DNA of 64,000 nucleotides from Myxococcota bacterium (GTDB taxonomy: Bacteria; Myxococcota_A; UBA9042; PHBI01; JBMYRH01), in assembly GCA_049602155.1 (NCBI GenBank), contig JBMYRH010000019.1, positions 23,972 through 87,971 of the forward strand. The letters run 5' to 3'. Under the pieces are notes generated by a model, which was not told the origin of the DNA, ran no database searches, and saw only the letters and a list, made by a program, of their open reading frames with translations. Position numbers and translations under genes: made by a program. Below are positions 38,914-48,292 of the stretch, piece by piece (position 1 is the first letter of the stretch; every line of letters starts with the position of its first letter).

Positions 38914-39653
38914 CCCTTACCTCCACCCGATGCCAACGCCTCAGGGCCCGAAGCGATTCCGTCCCAGGTCAGCGCGCTGAAGGCGCGCGGATCCGTGAGG
39001 TCGTGACACACGAGATCACCGCCGGCGTCTATCAGCGCCTCGTAGCTCGCGCCCCCCGTCGCCACAGCGATGCAGACGCCCCCATTGTCATGGGCAGCGG
39101 TGATGTCTTTTGGGGTGTCACCCACAATCAGAAGACGGCACTCACTCAAGGGCCGCCCCAACCGCTCGGCGCCGCGACGGGCCCCCGCCGCGATCAACCC
39201 CGCGCGAGGCTCTGCGTCACAGCCGAAGCCGCCGAAATCAAAATACCTGTTGAGGCCCACACGCTCGATCTTTGTGCGGGCTCCCGCCTCGACGTTCCCG
39301 GTCCCCAGGCCCAGGGCGACGTGGGGCAAGTCCACGAGAGCCTCCAGCGCGTCTATGACCCCTGGGTGCACATCGTAAACCTCAGCCTCGGCGACTTCAT
39401 GGGCTAAATTGGCCAAATAATCCTCGAGCAGTCTGTCGATCTCCGCCTCGGTCCCTTCGGCCGCGATCGTCCGCAACCCTTCGCGGAAGATGGCGCGATC
39501 CGTCATCCCTGCGAACGAAAAGTGCTCGCACGCGTCTGCACGGTCATAGAGGCGCTCAAAGGAGCGCACGAGCGCCTTGCGCCCCGCCCCACCACTGGTG
39601 ATCAAGGTGCCATCCACATCAAAGAGGATCACAGTGGGGCGTCGAGGGCTCAC
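38910..39653 (-). CDS. HAD-family hydrolase (phosphatase)
   Basis: FDVDGTL, TGN and VGDTPKD. Confidence 0.88.
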   Translation of the reverse strand: MSPRRPTVILFDVDGTLITSGGAGRKALVRSFERLYDRADACEHFSFAGMTDRAIFREGLRTIAAEGTEAEIDRLLEDYLANLAHEVAEAEVYDVHPGVIDALEALVDLPHVALGLGTGNVEAGARTKIERVGLNRYFDFGGFGCDAEPRAGLIAAGARRGAERLGRPLSECRLLIVGDTPKDITAAHDNGGVCIAVATGGASYEALIDAGGDLVCHDLTDPRAFSALTWDGIASGPEALASGGGKG

Positions 39654-40537
39654 GGCGTGACCGGAGATGAAATCGAACCGACCCGCTCTCGGATGCCAGG
39701 TTCAGAGGATTGATTGACGATCGCGACGACGAGGCGTCGACGATCACCGCCCGGCACGTCGAGTTGCGCGGTCATGGTGTGAGGCTTGAGCGTGTCTCCC
39801 AGGGGGATCATGCGCCAGACGACGCCGTACCAAGCCGGCTTGGCGTCAAAGACTGGCTCGTACGCATGCGTCGAGGCCTTGAACGCGCGGCGCACAGCGC
39901 GGCCGTCGAGCGCCAACTTACCGATCCTCACCGACGGCGACGCTGAAGGCACAAAGACCTCCTCGAACACCATGAGCTGAAGCACGGGCCCGGGCACCTC
40001 ATGCACCTTGAGATCTCGCTTCGTGCGCCCGAGCGCGACCGTCGTCGCCTGATCCGGTCCACAGGGGGTGTAGACGCCGTACCACGCACCCTTCTTGTCG
40101 ATACGAGCGATCCGCGGCGAACCGTCGGGGTTGCGATAATTGCCACGCCAACCGCTGCCCGAAGAGAGCGCCTCAACGAAGGGGCGCACCGGAGTCTGGC
40201 CAAGCTGGAGGACCCCACCGGAGTAACACCCCACCGGCACGGTGCCACCCGTCTTGCCGTCGCCGTCGAGGTCCATGGCCAAGCCGGAGTCAAAGAGGTT
40301 GTACTCCACGACGCCAGAGGATGGCGTGACGAGGATCGAATAGGGCTCGGCCGTAAACGGGACCTTGCCCGATGGATACGCCGCCCCCTCGATCGGGGTG
40401 AGCTTCACGGTCACTTGGACGTGATCTTCGCCCTTCTCGAGGGTCATCGTGGGTGGCTCAAAGGGGCTCGCGGCGTGCGCCGATGTCGCGGTCACGACAC
40501 CACAAAAGACGAGCGCTATCAGGGAGGCGCGGATCAT
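39650..40537 (-). CDS. Secreted hypothetical protein
   Basis: Signal peptide ending AHA-A and a DLDGDG motif. Overlaps the HAD gene start. Confidence 0.6.
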   Translation of the reverse strand: MIRASLIALVFCGVVTATSAHAASPFEPPTMTLEKGEDHVQVTVKLTPIEGAAYPSGKVPFTAEPYSILVTPSSGVVEYNLFDSGLAMDLDGDGKTGGTVPVGCYSGGVLQLGQTPVRPFVEALSSGSGWRGNYRNPDGSPRIARIDKKGAWYGVYTPCGPDQATTVALGRTKRDLKVHEVPGPVLQLMVFEEVFVPSASPSVRIGKLALDGRAVRRAFKASTHAYEPVFDAKPAWYGVVWRMIPLGDTLKPHTMTAQLDVPGGDRRRLVVAIVNQSSEPGIRERVGSISSPVTP

Positions 40538-40590
40538 GGCGGTTACCTTAGGCGGAGGCCGCTCCGCCGTCTAGCTAGACTACCCCTGCC

Positions 40591-41352
40591 TCAATGGGAG
40601 CCGAGAGCCCTCAGGGAGGGTGCGCCCTCACGCTGATTGGCCTCGAAGCTCGAGTGAACCGCGCGAAGGTGCCCCCAGAGGGCGACGGTGTCTGGCGCAA
40701 CGCCCTCTTCTTCAGAAAGTCGTGCCTCACACTCCGGGGTCCCAAAGCGACATGGAAAGAGGTGCACATTGAGCACCCGCTGACCGCGATCACGGGCCAT
40801 GACAGTGGCGAGGTAGAGGCGCTCCATCGGGCCATCTTCTATCGCGAGGCAGCCGATACTGGCGCACCCTCCATGAATGAAAATGTCGCTGCCCGGGGGG
40901 GCGTCGCCAGCACGTGTGCGGTCGACATCGGTCGGGTAATCAAGCCCCAGAGAGAGGTGAAACGCTGAACGTGGGTTGAAGCGGTTGATGCGATATAGCC
41001 CCTCTGGGATCTGGCCATCACCTTCACGGCGCTTTGGGCCCAGCCGTCCACTTCGCGCACAGATCGGCAGTGTCCAAACAGGGACCAACTGTGGCCCGTC
41101 TGCGGCACCGGCCCAGACCTCTAGGACGCCCTCGTGCTTGTACCCCGTCAGAAAGAGCGCCCGAGGAGGCCAGTCCGCTCGAGCGTCCTCAAAAGCCTGA
41201 CGCAATGGGGTCGCCTGAGCCTTTAGGGCGGCCGTCACCCGGGGCGCTCGAAGTTGGCGCGTCAAAAATGTCCCGGCACCCACCGGCGACGTCAGCGCCA
41301 GCGATGTGAGTGCGAGAAGAGAGGCGATAATATAGGGAGATCGTGCATGCAT
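40591..41352 (-). CDS. L,D-transpeptidase family protein (YafK/DpaA-like)
   Basis: GPKRREGDGQIPEG.Y, FHLSLGLDYP and DIFIHGGCASIGC. Confidence 0.88.
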   Translation of the reverse strand: MHARSPYIIASLLALTSLALTSPVGAGTFLTRQLRAPRVTAALKAQATPLRQAFEDARADWPPRALFLTGYKHEGVLEVWAGAADGPQLVPVWTLPICARSGRLGPKRREGDGQIPEGLYRINRFNPRSAFHLSLGLDYPTDVDRTRAGDAPPGSDIFIHGGCASIGCLAIEDGPMERLYLATVMARDRGQRVLNVHLFPCRFGTPECEARLSEEEGVAPDTVALWGHLRAVHSSFEANQREGAPSLRALGSH

Positions 41353-41385
41353 GACCCGTAGGGACGGGTCAGCCGCGATTTCGAT

Positions 41386-41874
41386 CTATCCCTTAGCGGG
41401 CCCCACCAACCACGTGGCGATGGCGCGCGCTACCACCTCACCGTCGGTATTCATGATGTCGCCCTGAATCTCAAGCTCGCGACGCTCTGTCGACTCGCTC
41501 ACCGCGGCCTCACACTCCGCGACCAAGAGCCCCCGCGCTTTCTTCAGGTACTCGATACGGAGCCCCTTCAGGATACCGCGCGCGCCATCGGGCAACCCAG
41601 AGGTCATCGCGAGGCCGGTGGTGGCCTCAGCGAGGTTCATCAGCGCGACCGCATGCACACAGTTCAAGTGATTCCGGACCTTCTTCTTGTCTCGCATCTG
41701 AACCCGAGCGAACCCTGGGCGCAGCTCAAGCACCTCCGCACCAATGGTCCCGGTGTAAGGCGCGGCCTTACCCACGGCCTTACTGAAGAGCAGCTTGCCA
41801 CCGGGGAGGTCGCTGAGCTTCGCCCACATCTTCCTGACCATCGGCCCTGGTGATCGGTTGCCATCGAGTTTCAT
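41386..41874 (-). CDS. Hotdog-fold thioesterase (PaaI/DUF4442-like)
   Basis: APYTGTI, NHLNCVHAVALMNLAE and IEYLKKARG. Confidence 0.82.
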   Translation of the reverse strand: MKLDGNRSPGPMVRKMWAKLSDLPGGKLLFSKAVGKAAPYTGTIGAEVLELRPGFARVQMRDKKKVRNHLNCVHAVALMNLAEATTGLAMTSGLPDGARGILKGLRIEYLKKARGLLVAECEAAVSESTERRELEIQGDIMNTDGEVVARAIATWLVGPAKG

Positions 41875-42878
41875 GCGTCAGCCTCTAGGTCCAATTGGGT
41901 CACACCTGGCACCGCAGTGCGCACTTCATCCTCAAGTCGATCGACCTCTTCACCCAGCGCCTTGAGGAGATCCTCAGCGAAGCCCTCGAGCCACGCAGCG
42001 AGCGCCTCGTCGCTGTCCAATTCGGCCCGCAGCGCCGTCAGATCTCGCTCGGACAAGACCGCCCGGGCCAGAGCACCGCCGTCAAAGTCCAAATCCGCGG
42101 CGACTCGGTACTTGCCCATCGTCAGGACCACGCCTGTCATCGAGACTACGTCAGAGACGATGGGGTGCTTCTCAAAGACCCCTCGAATCGCTTGCTCTAC
42201 CTCCGGGTCAATGGCCCGGCTGAGCAAGAAGACGCGGTTCACCCGGACGAGGAAGATGGCGACCCCGGCAAGCAAGACGCCAATCGACAGGGTCGCGATT
42301 GCGTCCCATAGCGGAGAGCCTGTGACCGACTCTAAGGTGATCCCCGCAATCGCAAAGAGGAGACCTAACACCGCGGCGGCGTCCTCTGCGAGGATCGCGA
42401 TGAGCGTCGGATCACGCCCCTCCTTGAAGTACTGAGTCGCGCTCACGCCGGCGGCCTTGGCGTCCTTAAAGAGCCCGCGCGTAGCGACCGCCAACGCTCC
42501 ACCCTCGAGGACCACTGCAAACGTCAGAACAGCCCAAGTCACCCAAGTGTGATTCGAGACCTCTGGGTGCATCAGCGCATGGACCCCGTGCCACAAGGTC
42601 ACCCCTGCCCCGAGGAAGAAGATCCCTAAGGCGCTGACGAGCCCCCAAAAGAAGCGATCTCTGCCGTAACCCTCCGGGTGCACCTCGTCGGCGACACGCT
42701 CGGAGCGCTTAAGGCCCAAGAGTAAGAGCGCTTGATTGACCGTATCGGCGACCGAGTGGATCGCCTCCGACAACATCGCCCCAGAGCCCGAGACACTGAA
42801 ACCGATAAACTTCGCGATCGACACCAGCGAATTGGCGCTGATCCCCGCGATAACTGAACTGGTGCTGCTTCCTGCCAT
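41871..42878 (-). CDS. Cation diffusion facilitator transporter
   Basis: SGSGAMLSEAIHSVADT.NQ, HPEGYG, EDAAA and six TM helices. Confidence 0.88.
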   Translation of the reverse strand: MAGSSTSSVIAGISANSLVSIAKFIGFSVSGSGAMLSEAIHSVADTVNQALLLLGLKRSERVADEVHPEGYGRDRFFWGLVSALGIFFLGAGVTLWHGVHALMHPEVSNHTWVTWAVLTFAVVLEGGALAVATRGLFKDAKAAGVSATQYFKEGRDPTLIAILAEDAAAVLGLLFAIAGITLESVTGSPLWDAIATLSIGVLLAGVAIFLVRVNRVFLLSRAIDPEVEQAIRGVFEKHPIVSDVVSMTGVVLTMGKYRVAADLDFDGGALARAVLSERDLTALRAELDSDEALAAWLEGFAEDLLKALGEEVDRLEDEVRTAVPGVTQLDLEADA

Positions 42879-42954
42879 GGGACCATCATGGCCAGGAGTC
42901 ACCAGCGTGCAAGCCCGAGAGGCCTCTAACCGACAAATTTCGTCAGGAACGGCC

Positions 42955-43362
42955 CTATTTGCACTGCGCAGGGATGTCGCTCAATTGCCCCCAGGCCGCG
43001 AGCGCTTGCTCGCATAAATCTCCCAGCTTTGCCTTCGCATCAGGGGTCTTAGCGGCGCGAAACGCATGACGCTGGGCATCACAGCCCACTTGCGCAGTGG
43101 GGGTGACCTTGACCCACGCGTCACAGCACGTCAGGAGCTTCGTGCAGATCGGCGGCAGATCAGACTCTGGGGACTTCACTTCCGCCACGGCGACCGCATC
43201 AGCAGGGGCGGTCGTCGGCTCTGGGACCGCCTCGGGTGCCCTCTCAGGGGGCGCGACGGCAGGGGCAGCGACTGGGGGAGGAGGAGCCGACGACTTATCA
43301 CACGCCACCAAGCAGAGCGCTCCGCTAAGGGCGATGAGAGACCACAACAGTTTCCGAGTCAT
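42955..43362 (-). CDS. Hypothetical lipoprotein with small Cys-rich domain
   Basis: Lipobox LVAC, Pro/Ala linker and C..LLTCC...C...C...C. Confidence 0.6.
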   Translation of the reverse strand: MTRKLLWSLIALSGALCLVACDKSSAPPPPVAAPAVAPPERAPEAVPEPTTAPADAVAVAEVKSPESDLPPICTKLLTCCDAWVKVTPTAQVGCDAQRHAFRAAKTPDAKAKLGDLCEQALAAWGQLSDIPAQCK

Positions 43363-43446
43363 CGGGCTTCCTCTTCAAGATTCAGGGGCCCACGTCATGT
43401 GCGTGTGTATCGGAGTGTCTCGCGGAGCGACCCTGTCGATCAAACG

Positions 43447-43480
43447 AAAAAAGGGCAGACCCTATTCAGGATCTGCCCTT
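43447..43480 (-). terminator. Intrinsic terminator of the PAAK lipoprotein gene
   Basis: AAGGGCAGA..CCT-ATTC-AGG..TCTGCCCTT stem with a T-run on the minus strand. Confidence 0.8.
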
Positions 43481-43515
43481 CAACTTCAATCACGAAGCCG
43501 ACTAAGCGCGAAGCG

Positions 43516-43809
43516 CTATTTCTTCGCCGCAGGTGCGGCTGGCTTCGCAGCAGGTGCAGCAGCAGCTGGCTTAGCAGCAGGTGCAGCAGCAGCTGGCTTA
43601 GCAGCTGGCTTCGCAGCAGGCTTCGCAGCCTCCTTCTTAGCAGCAGGTGCAGCCTTCTTGTCGTCTGCCTTCTTGTCGGCCTTCTTGTCGTCAGCCTTTG
43701 CAGGAGCGGCAGTCTTGTCAGCCTTACCAGCGTCTGCCTTCTTGTCGCAGGCAGGTGCCACGAACATAAGGGCAGCCGCCAAGATTCCGAATCCAATAAG
43801 CTTGCGCAT
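43516..43809 (-). CDS. Small Ala/Lys/Pro-rich lipoprotein (ADDKK and PAAK repeats)
   Basis: GAGGAGG RBS, signal peptide ending APAC, low-complexity mature part and its own terminator. Confidence 0.8.
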   Translation of the reverse strand: MRKLIGFGILAAALMFVAPACDKKADAGKADKTAAPAKADDKKADKKADDKKAAPAAKKEAAKPAAKPAAKPAAAAPAAKPAAAAPAAKPAAPAAKK

Positions 43810-43905
43810 GGTAGTTCCTCCTCTACTCGCGCGACAGACACGTACACGTAGCCTGTCAAATGTTCGGCGAGTATGACCGACATCGCGCAGAGTGCAAACG
43901 AGACA

Positions 43906-43925
43906 GTGCGTAAAAAATAACGCAC
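43906..43925. promoter_or_regulatory. Inverted repeat GTGCGT-N8-ACGCAC, possible regulator site
   Basis: Perfect 6-bp arms with an AT-rich spacer, in the AT-rich region upstream of the PAAK lipoprotein. Confidence 0.4.
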
Positions 43926-43953
43926 CTTGTTAATGTGCTGTTATTAAACAACT

Positions 43954-44235
43954 TTATCTTATCACGTGAAAACCATTTCCGTGCTCGAGGGGGGAATTCA
44001 CCCGTAAAACTCCCTCGACAGAAGCCGCTGAGCTCCCGACTTCGCACCACGCCACAATCGCCTCGACCGCCGAGACAGGGCCTTCAAAATGCGCCTCGAC
44101 GGTGCCGTCAGAGCGATTCCTCACCCAGCCGCGCACCCCAAACTCGGTGGCGCGCTCCGCGGTCGTCGCGCGGAAGAAGACCCCCTGAACACGTCCCCGG
44201 ACGACGACACGTACAGCGACGACAGCGGCTGTCAT
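43954..44235 (-). CDS. acyP: Acylphosphatase
   Basis: VRGRVQGVFFR and GWVRNRSDGTVE. The ATG overlaps the SDR stop. Confidence 0.92.
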   Translation of the reverse strand: MTAAVVAVRVVVRGRVQGVFFRATTAERATEFGVRGWVRNRSDGTVEAHFEGPVSAVEAIVAWCEVGSSAASVEGVLRVNSPLEHGNGFHVIR

Positions 44236-44954
44236 GTGCTTGGATACGGGGTCCGTTGAGGTCGAATCACGATCTCGGTCGGGCACGCGGTGGATGGAAA
44301 TTCAGCCACGAAGAGCGCGGTCTTGGCGATATCCGCCGGCTGGATCATCCGCTCCATGAGCAAGCCGCGACCCGCGACCATCTCGGTGTTCACAAACCCT
44401 GGACACAGCGTCGTGACCTTGACCCCTGCCTCGCGGACATCCTCAAAGACCGACTCCGAGTAACCGAGGACCGCGTGCTTTGACGCACAATAGGCGCCGC
44501 CCCCTGCGAAAGAGCCCTTCCCAGCCACAGACGCGATTTGAATCACCGACCCGCCTTGGGCGGCGATCAGGTGGGGCAGCGCGTATCGGGTCACGTGCAT
44601 CAGGCCGTTCACGTTGACGTCCATGACGTGCGCGAAGACCTCTGGCTCCAATACCTCAGCCGAGCCTTTGGCGTAGACGCCCGCGTTGTTCAGGACGACC
44701 CCCAGTCCGCCGAGCTCATCCACACAGCGATCGACGGCTGCCGCGACCTGCTCGGCCTCGGTGACGTCGACAGGCAGGACCAGCACTCGCGCGCCAAGGG
44801 CACGACAGCGCTCAGCCACGGGGGTCAATGTCTCTGCCCGACGGGCCACTAAGGCGACGTCATAGCCAGCCTCTGCGAAGCCCTCGGCACACGCTGCGCC
44901 GATGCCACGGCTCGCCCCGGTGATCAGAGCGACCTTGGTGACCTCGGTGCTCAT
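44232..44954 (-). CDS. Short-chain dehydrogenase/reductase
   Basis: TGASRGIG, NNAG and YCASK. Confidence 0.9.
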   Translation of the reverse strand: MSTEVTKVALITGASRGIGAACAEGFAEAGYDVALVARRAETLTPVAERCRALGARVLVLPVDVTEAEQVAAAVDRCVDELGGLGVVLNNAGVYAKGSAEVLEPEVFAHVMDVNVNGLMHVTRYALPHLIAAQGGSVIQIASVAGKGSFAGGGAYCASKHAVLGYSESVFEDVREAGVKVTTLCPGFVNTEMVAGRGLLMERMIQPADIAKTALFVAEFPSTACPTEIVIRPQRTPYPST

Positions 44955-44963
44955 CTCGTCCCC

Positions 44964-46748
44964 CTAGCCGTAAAGCGCGACGAGCGCGTCGCCATGAGCC
45001 GCCATGATGACCCGTCGCTTCAGCGACATCTTCGGGGTCAGCATACCGTTCTCGGTCGAGAACTCCTCGGCGATGAGGACGAACTTCTTCGGCACCTCGT
45101 AAGCCTTAAACGCCGGTGCGCGATCCTTGATCTCAGCCTCGATGAGCGCCGAGACCGCAGGATGAGCGCACAGCTCGGCGTCACTCAGCTGCCCCATCCC
45201 TTGAGCCACTGACCAAGGACGCACTGTCTCAAAGTCAGGGACGATCAAGGCGACGTTGTACGGCCGGTTGGTGCCGTCGATGAGCGCTTGATTGATGAAC
45301 CCGCTCAGCTTCAGCTGCTCCTCAAGCGGCGCAGGGGCGACGTACTTACCGTTCTCCAGCTTGTACTGCTCTTTGACACGCCCAGTGATGTAGAGGAAGC
45401 CATCGCTGTCGAGGCGCCCAAGGTCACCTGTGCGGAAGCCCCCATCGTCGGTCATGACCTCTGCGGTCTTCTCCGGCAGGTTGTGATAGCCCTGCATGAC
45501 GTTTGGACCATAGACGATGATCTCACCCTGACCTTGCGGCGCGGCCTCGACAGGGTCGATCTTGATCTCGACCCCCGGGATCGCGCGTCCCACCGAGCCA
45601 ATGACCTGACCCGCAGGACAATTGCCGGTCGAGATCGGGCTCGTCTCCGTCAAACCGTAGCCCTCGTAGACAGTGATCCCCAGGTTGTCGACGAATTCAC
45701 CGACCTCCTTGGACAGGGCCGCGCCACCGCTGAATGCGTAGCGCAGACGGCCACCAAAGCGGGCACGAATCTTCTTACCGACGAGCGCATCCAGCACACG
45801 GAACTGGAGCTCCAACCGAAGCGAGGTCTTCCCTTGCTTGGAGAGCGCCTTTCGGCGGCTTGCGACATCAAGTGTTCGGTGAAAAAGCTTCTCCTTCAGC
45901 CCACCCGCCTCGGCCATCTTCTTGTGCACACCTGCGTAGATGCGGTTGAAGATCCGCGGGACACTGAAGAGCAGCGTCGGGCGCACCTCCTCGAGGTTCG
46001 CGATGATCGTCGTGACGTTCTCCGCCAAGCCGAGCGAGGCCCCGTAGCTGAGCAAGGTGTTGAGCTCGACGTTCTGACCAAAGGAGTGCGCCCAGGGCAG
46101 AAACGACAGGGAGACATCGCTCTGATCCATCGGGAAGATCTGATGCACTGCGTTGATGTTCGATGAGATGTTGCCGTGGCTCAGCAGCACGCCCTTCGGG
46201 TTACCCGTGGTGCCGCTCGTGTAGATGAAACCGCAGATGTCCTCGGGGGACGGGCTCACCGAGGGAGCGGGCGCCGCGCGACCTGCTGCGCAGATCCCCT
46301 CAAAGCTCGTCGTGTCGGGCGCCGTGCCGTCGAAATTCACAACGTGCTCAAGGGCATCGAGCTCATCCACGAAGCCCGTCGTCTGACCGTAGATTAAGTC
46401 ATTCGCGGCCAACAGGACCTTCGCTCCACAGTCGTTGAGGATGTACTTCCACTCCTTGGGGAGCTGCGCCTCATACATCGGCACATATTTCGCACCGAGC
46501 CCGTACGTCGCGTAGGCCGCGACCGCCCACTCAACTCGGTTGTTCGCGATGACAGCGACAGCGTCACCAGGTCCCACTCCCAGGCTCGCCAGTCCGCCAC
46601 GAAAGGCGTCGACCAACGCGCCGACCTCGGTGTAGGTGATCCACTGGTATGTGCCGTTCACCTTCGTACCGAATAGGCGGTTGGGGCCGAACGCCTCGAC
46701 ACTGCGCTCAAACATCTCGACCAAATTATTGAAGACAACAGCGCTCAT
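44964..46748 (-). CDS. Long-chain fatty acid--CoA ligase
   Basis: IYTSGTTGNPKGV, EGYGLTET, FRTGDLG, ITGRVKE and LTPKMSLKR. Confidence 0.92.
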   Translation of the reverse strand: MSAVVFNNLVEMFERSVEAFGPNRLFGTKVNGTYQWITYTEVGALVDAFRGGLASLGVGPGDAVAVIANNRVEWAVAAYATYGLGAKYVPMYEAQLPKEWKYILNDCGAKVLLAANDLIYGQTTGFVDELDALEHVVNFDGTAPDTTSFEGICAAGRAAPAPSVSPSPEDICGFIYTSGTTGNPKGVLLSHGNISSNINAVHQIFPMDQSDVSLSFLPWAHSFGQNVELNTLLSYGASLGLAENVTTIIANLEEVRPTLLFSVPRIFNRIYAGVHKKMAEAGGLKEKLFHRTLDVASRRKALSKQGKTSLRLELQFRVLDALVGKKIRARFGGRLRYAFSGGAALSKEVGEFVDNLGITVYEGYGLTETSPISTGNCPAGQVIGSVGRAIPGVEIKIDPVEAAPQGQGEIIVYGPNVMQGYHNLPEKTAEVMTDDGGFRTGDLGRLDSDGFLYITGRVKEQYKLENGKYVAPAPLEEQLKLSGFINQALIDGTNRPYNVALIVPDFETVRPWSVAQGMGQLSDAELCAHPAVSALIEAEIKDRAPAFKAYEVPKKFVLIAEEFSTENGMLTPKMSLKRRVIMAAHGDALVALYG

Positions 46749-46806
46749 GGGGATCTCCGTAAAGGATGGACGCGTAGCTCGGAGAGCTCACATTGGCCAG
46801 GGGGGG

Positions 46807-48207
46807 TTACCGCTTGGGGATGCCGGGCTCGGTCATCGAGCGCGCGTCAAGCAGCCTCTCGAGTTCTTCACCGGTCAGGATCTCGAGCTCCTCACAGAGG
46901 GCGCGGACCGTCTTCTGCTCTTTGATGGAGCGCTTGGCGATGTCTGCGGCCTTATCGTACCCGATGACCGGAGCCAGGGACGTCACCATCGAGAGTGACC
47001 ACTCGACGTAACCCTCCGCCTTCTCGGCGTTGGCCTCCATGCCCTCCACGGCGCGCTCGACGAAGGCATCGATGCCTCGCCCCATGAAGGTGACTGACTC
47101 CAAGAGGTTCCGCACGATGACGGGCATCATCACGTTCAGGTCGAGGTTGCCGTGGGTGTTGGCGATCTGCACTGCATTCGCGTTGCCCATCACTTGGCTC
47201 GACACCATCATCAGCGCTTCGCAGAGCACAGGGTTGACCTTACCTGGCATGATCGAAGATCCAGGCTGAATGCTCGGGAGCTTGATCTCCCCGAACCCAC
47301 AGCGCGGACCGGAGGACAACCACCGGATGTCGTTGGCGATCTTGAGCATAGACGTCGCCACCGTGGCCAACTGCCCAGCCAACTCGGCGCATGCATCACG
47401 GGAGTGCTGAGCCTCACAGTGATTGGTCGCCTCGCGGAAGGGGAGCCCAAACCGCGTAGCCAACTCCGCAGCCACGCGACCACCAAACTCAGGGTGTGTG
47501 TTGAGCCCCGTGCCGACCGCCGTTCCACCCTGAGCCAACTCGTAGAGGTTGGGCAACGTGCCCTCAATGCGCGTGATAGACAGCTCGACCTGACGCGCCC
47601 AAGCACCAGCCTCTTGGCCCATGCGGATCGGGGTCGCGTCCATCAAGTGCGTGCGGCCAATCTTGATGACGTCATCCCAAGCCTTGGCCTTCGCCTCGAG
47701 CGCCCCGTGGAGGCGACGCAGCGCAGGGAGGAGGGTCTCGTTGACCTCGACCGCGACGGCGACGTGAATCGCGGTCGGGATCGTGTCGTTCGAGGACTGA
47801 CCAAAATTCACGTGATCGTTCGGGTGGACCGGCGCCTTTCCGCCCCGAGTCCCCGTCAAGATCTCGTTTGCGCGCCCGGCGACGACCTCATTCGTGTTCA
47901 TGTTCGTCGACGTGCCACTGCCCGTCTGAAAGATGTCGACTGGGAACTGACTGTCGAGGGTCCCCTCGATCACTTCATCAGCAGCTTGCCGGACCGCTTG
48001 GGCGCGCTCGGTGTCCACAGCACCCAAGGCCTCGTTGACCGTGGCTGCGGCGTGCTTGATTGCGCCCATCGCTCGGATAAAGGTCCGCGGAAAGCGTAAA
48101 CCGCTGATCGGAAAGTTGGCGACTGCGCGCGCCGTCTGCGCCCCATAGTACGCGTCATCAGGTACTTGGAATTCGCCCATGGAATCGCGCTCAATTCGGA
48201 AACCCAT
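46807..48207 (-). CDS. fumC: Class II fumarate hydratase
   Basis: RIERDSMGE, FQTGSGTSTNMN, HPNDHVN, GRTHLMDA and GSSIMPGKVNP. GAGGAGG precedes the ATG at 48207. Confidence 0.93.
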   Translation of the reverse strand: MGFRIERDSMGEFQVPDDAYYGAQTARAVANFPISGLRFPRTFIRAMGAIKHAAATVNEALGAVDTERAQAVRQAADEVIEGTLDSQFPVDIFQTGSGTSTNMNTNEVVAGRANEILTGTRGGKAPVHPNDHVNFGQSSNDTIPTAIHVAVAVEVNETLLPALRRLHGALEAKAKAWDDVIKIGRTHLMDATPIRMGQEAGAWARQVELSITRIEGTLPNLYELAQGGTAVGTGLNTHPEFGGRVAAELATRFGLPFREATNHCEAQHSRDACAELAGQLATVATSMLKIANDIRWLSSGPRCGFGEIKLPSIQPGSSIMPGKVNPVLCEALMMVSSQVMGNANAVQIANTHGNLDLNVMMPVIVRNLLESVTFMGRGIDAFVERAVEGMEANAEKAEGYVEWSLSMVTSLAPVIGYDKAADIAKRSIKEQKTVRALCEELEILTGEELERLLDARSMTEPGIPKR

Positions 48208-48292
48208 CGTGTCCTCCTCTGCTTTCGTCGATCCTCTAACACGAGAGACGTTGGGCAGAGAAGCCCCCCGTTCATCCCGACAGATCAGCCGG

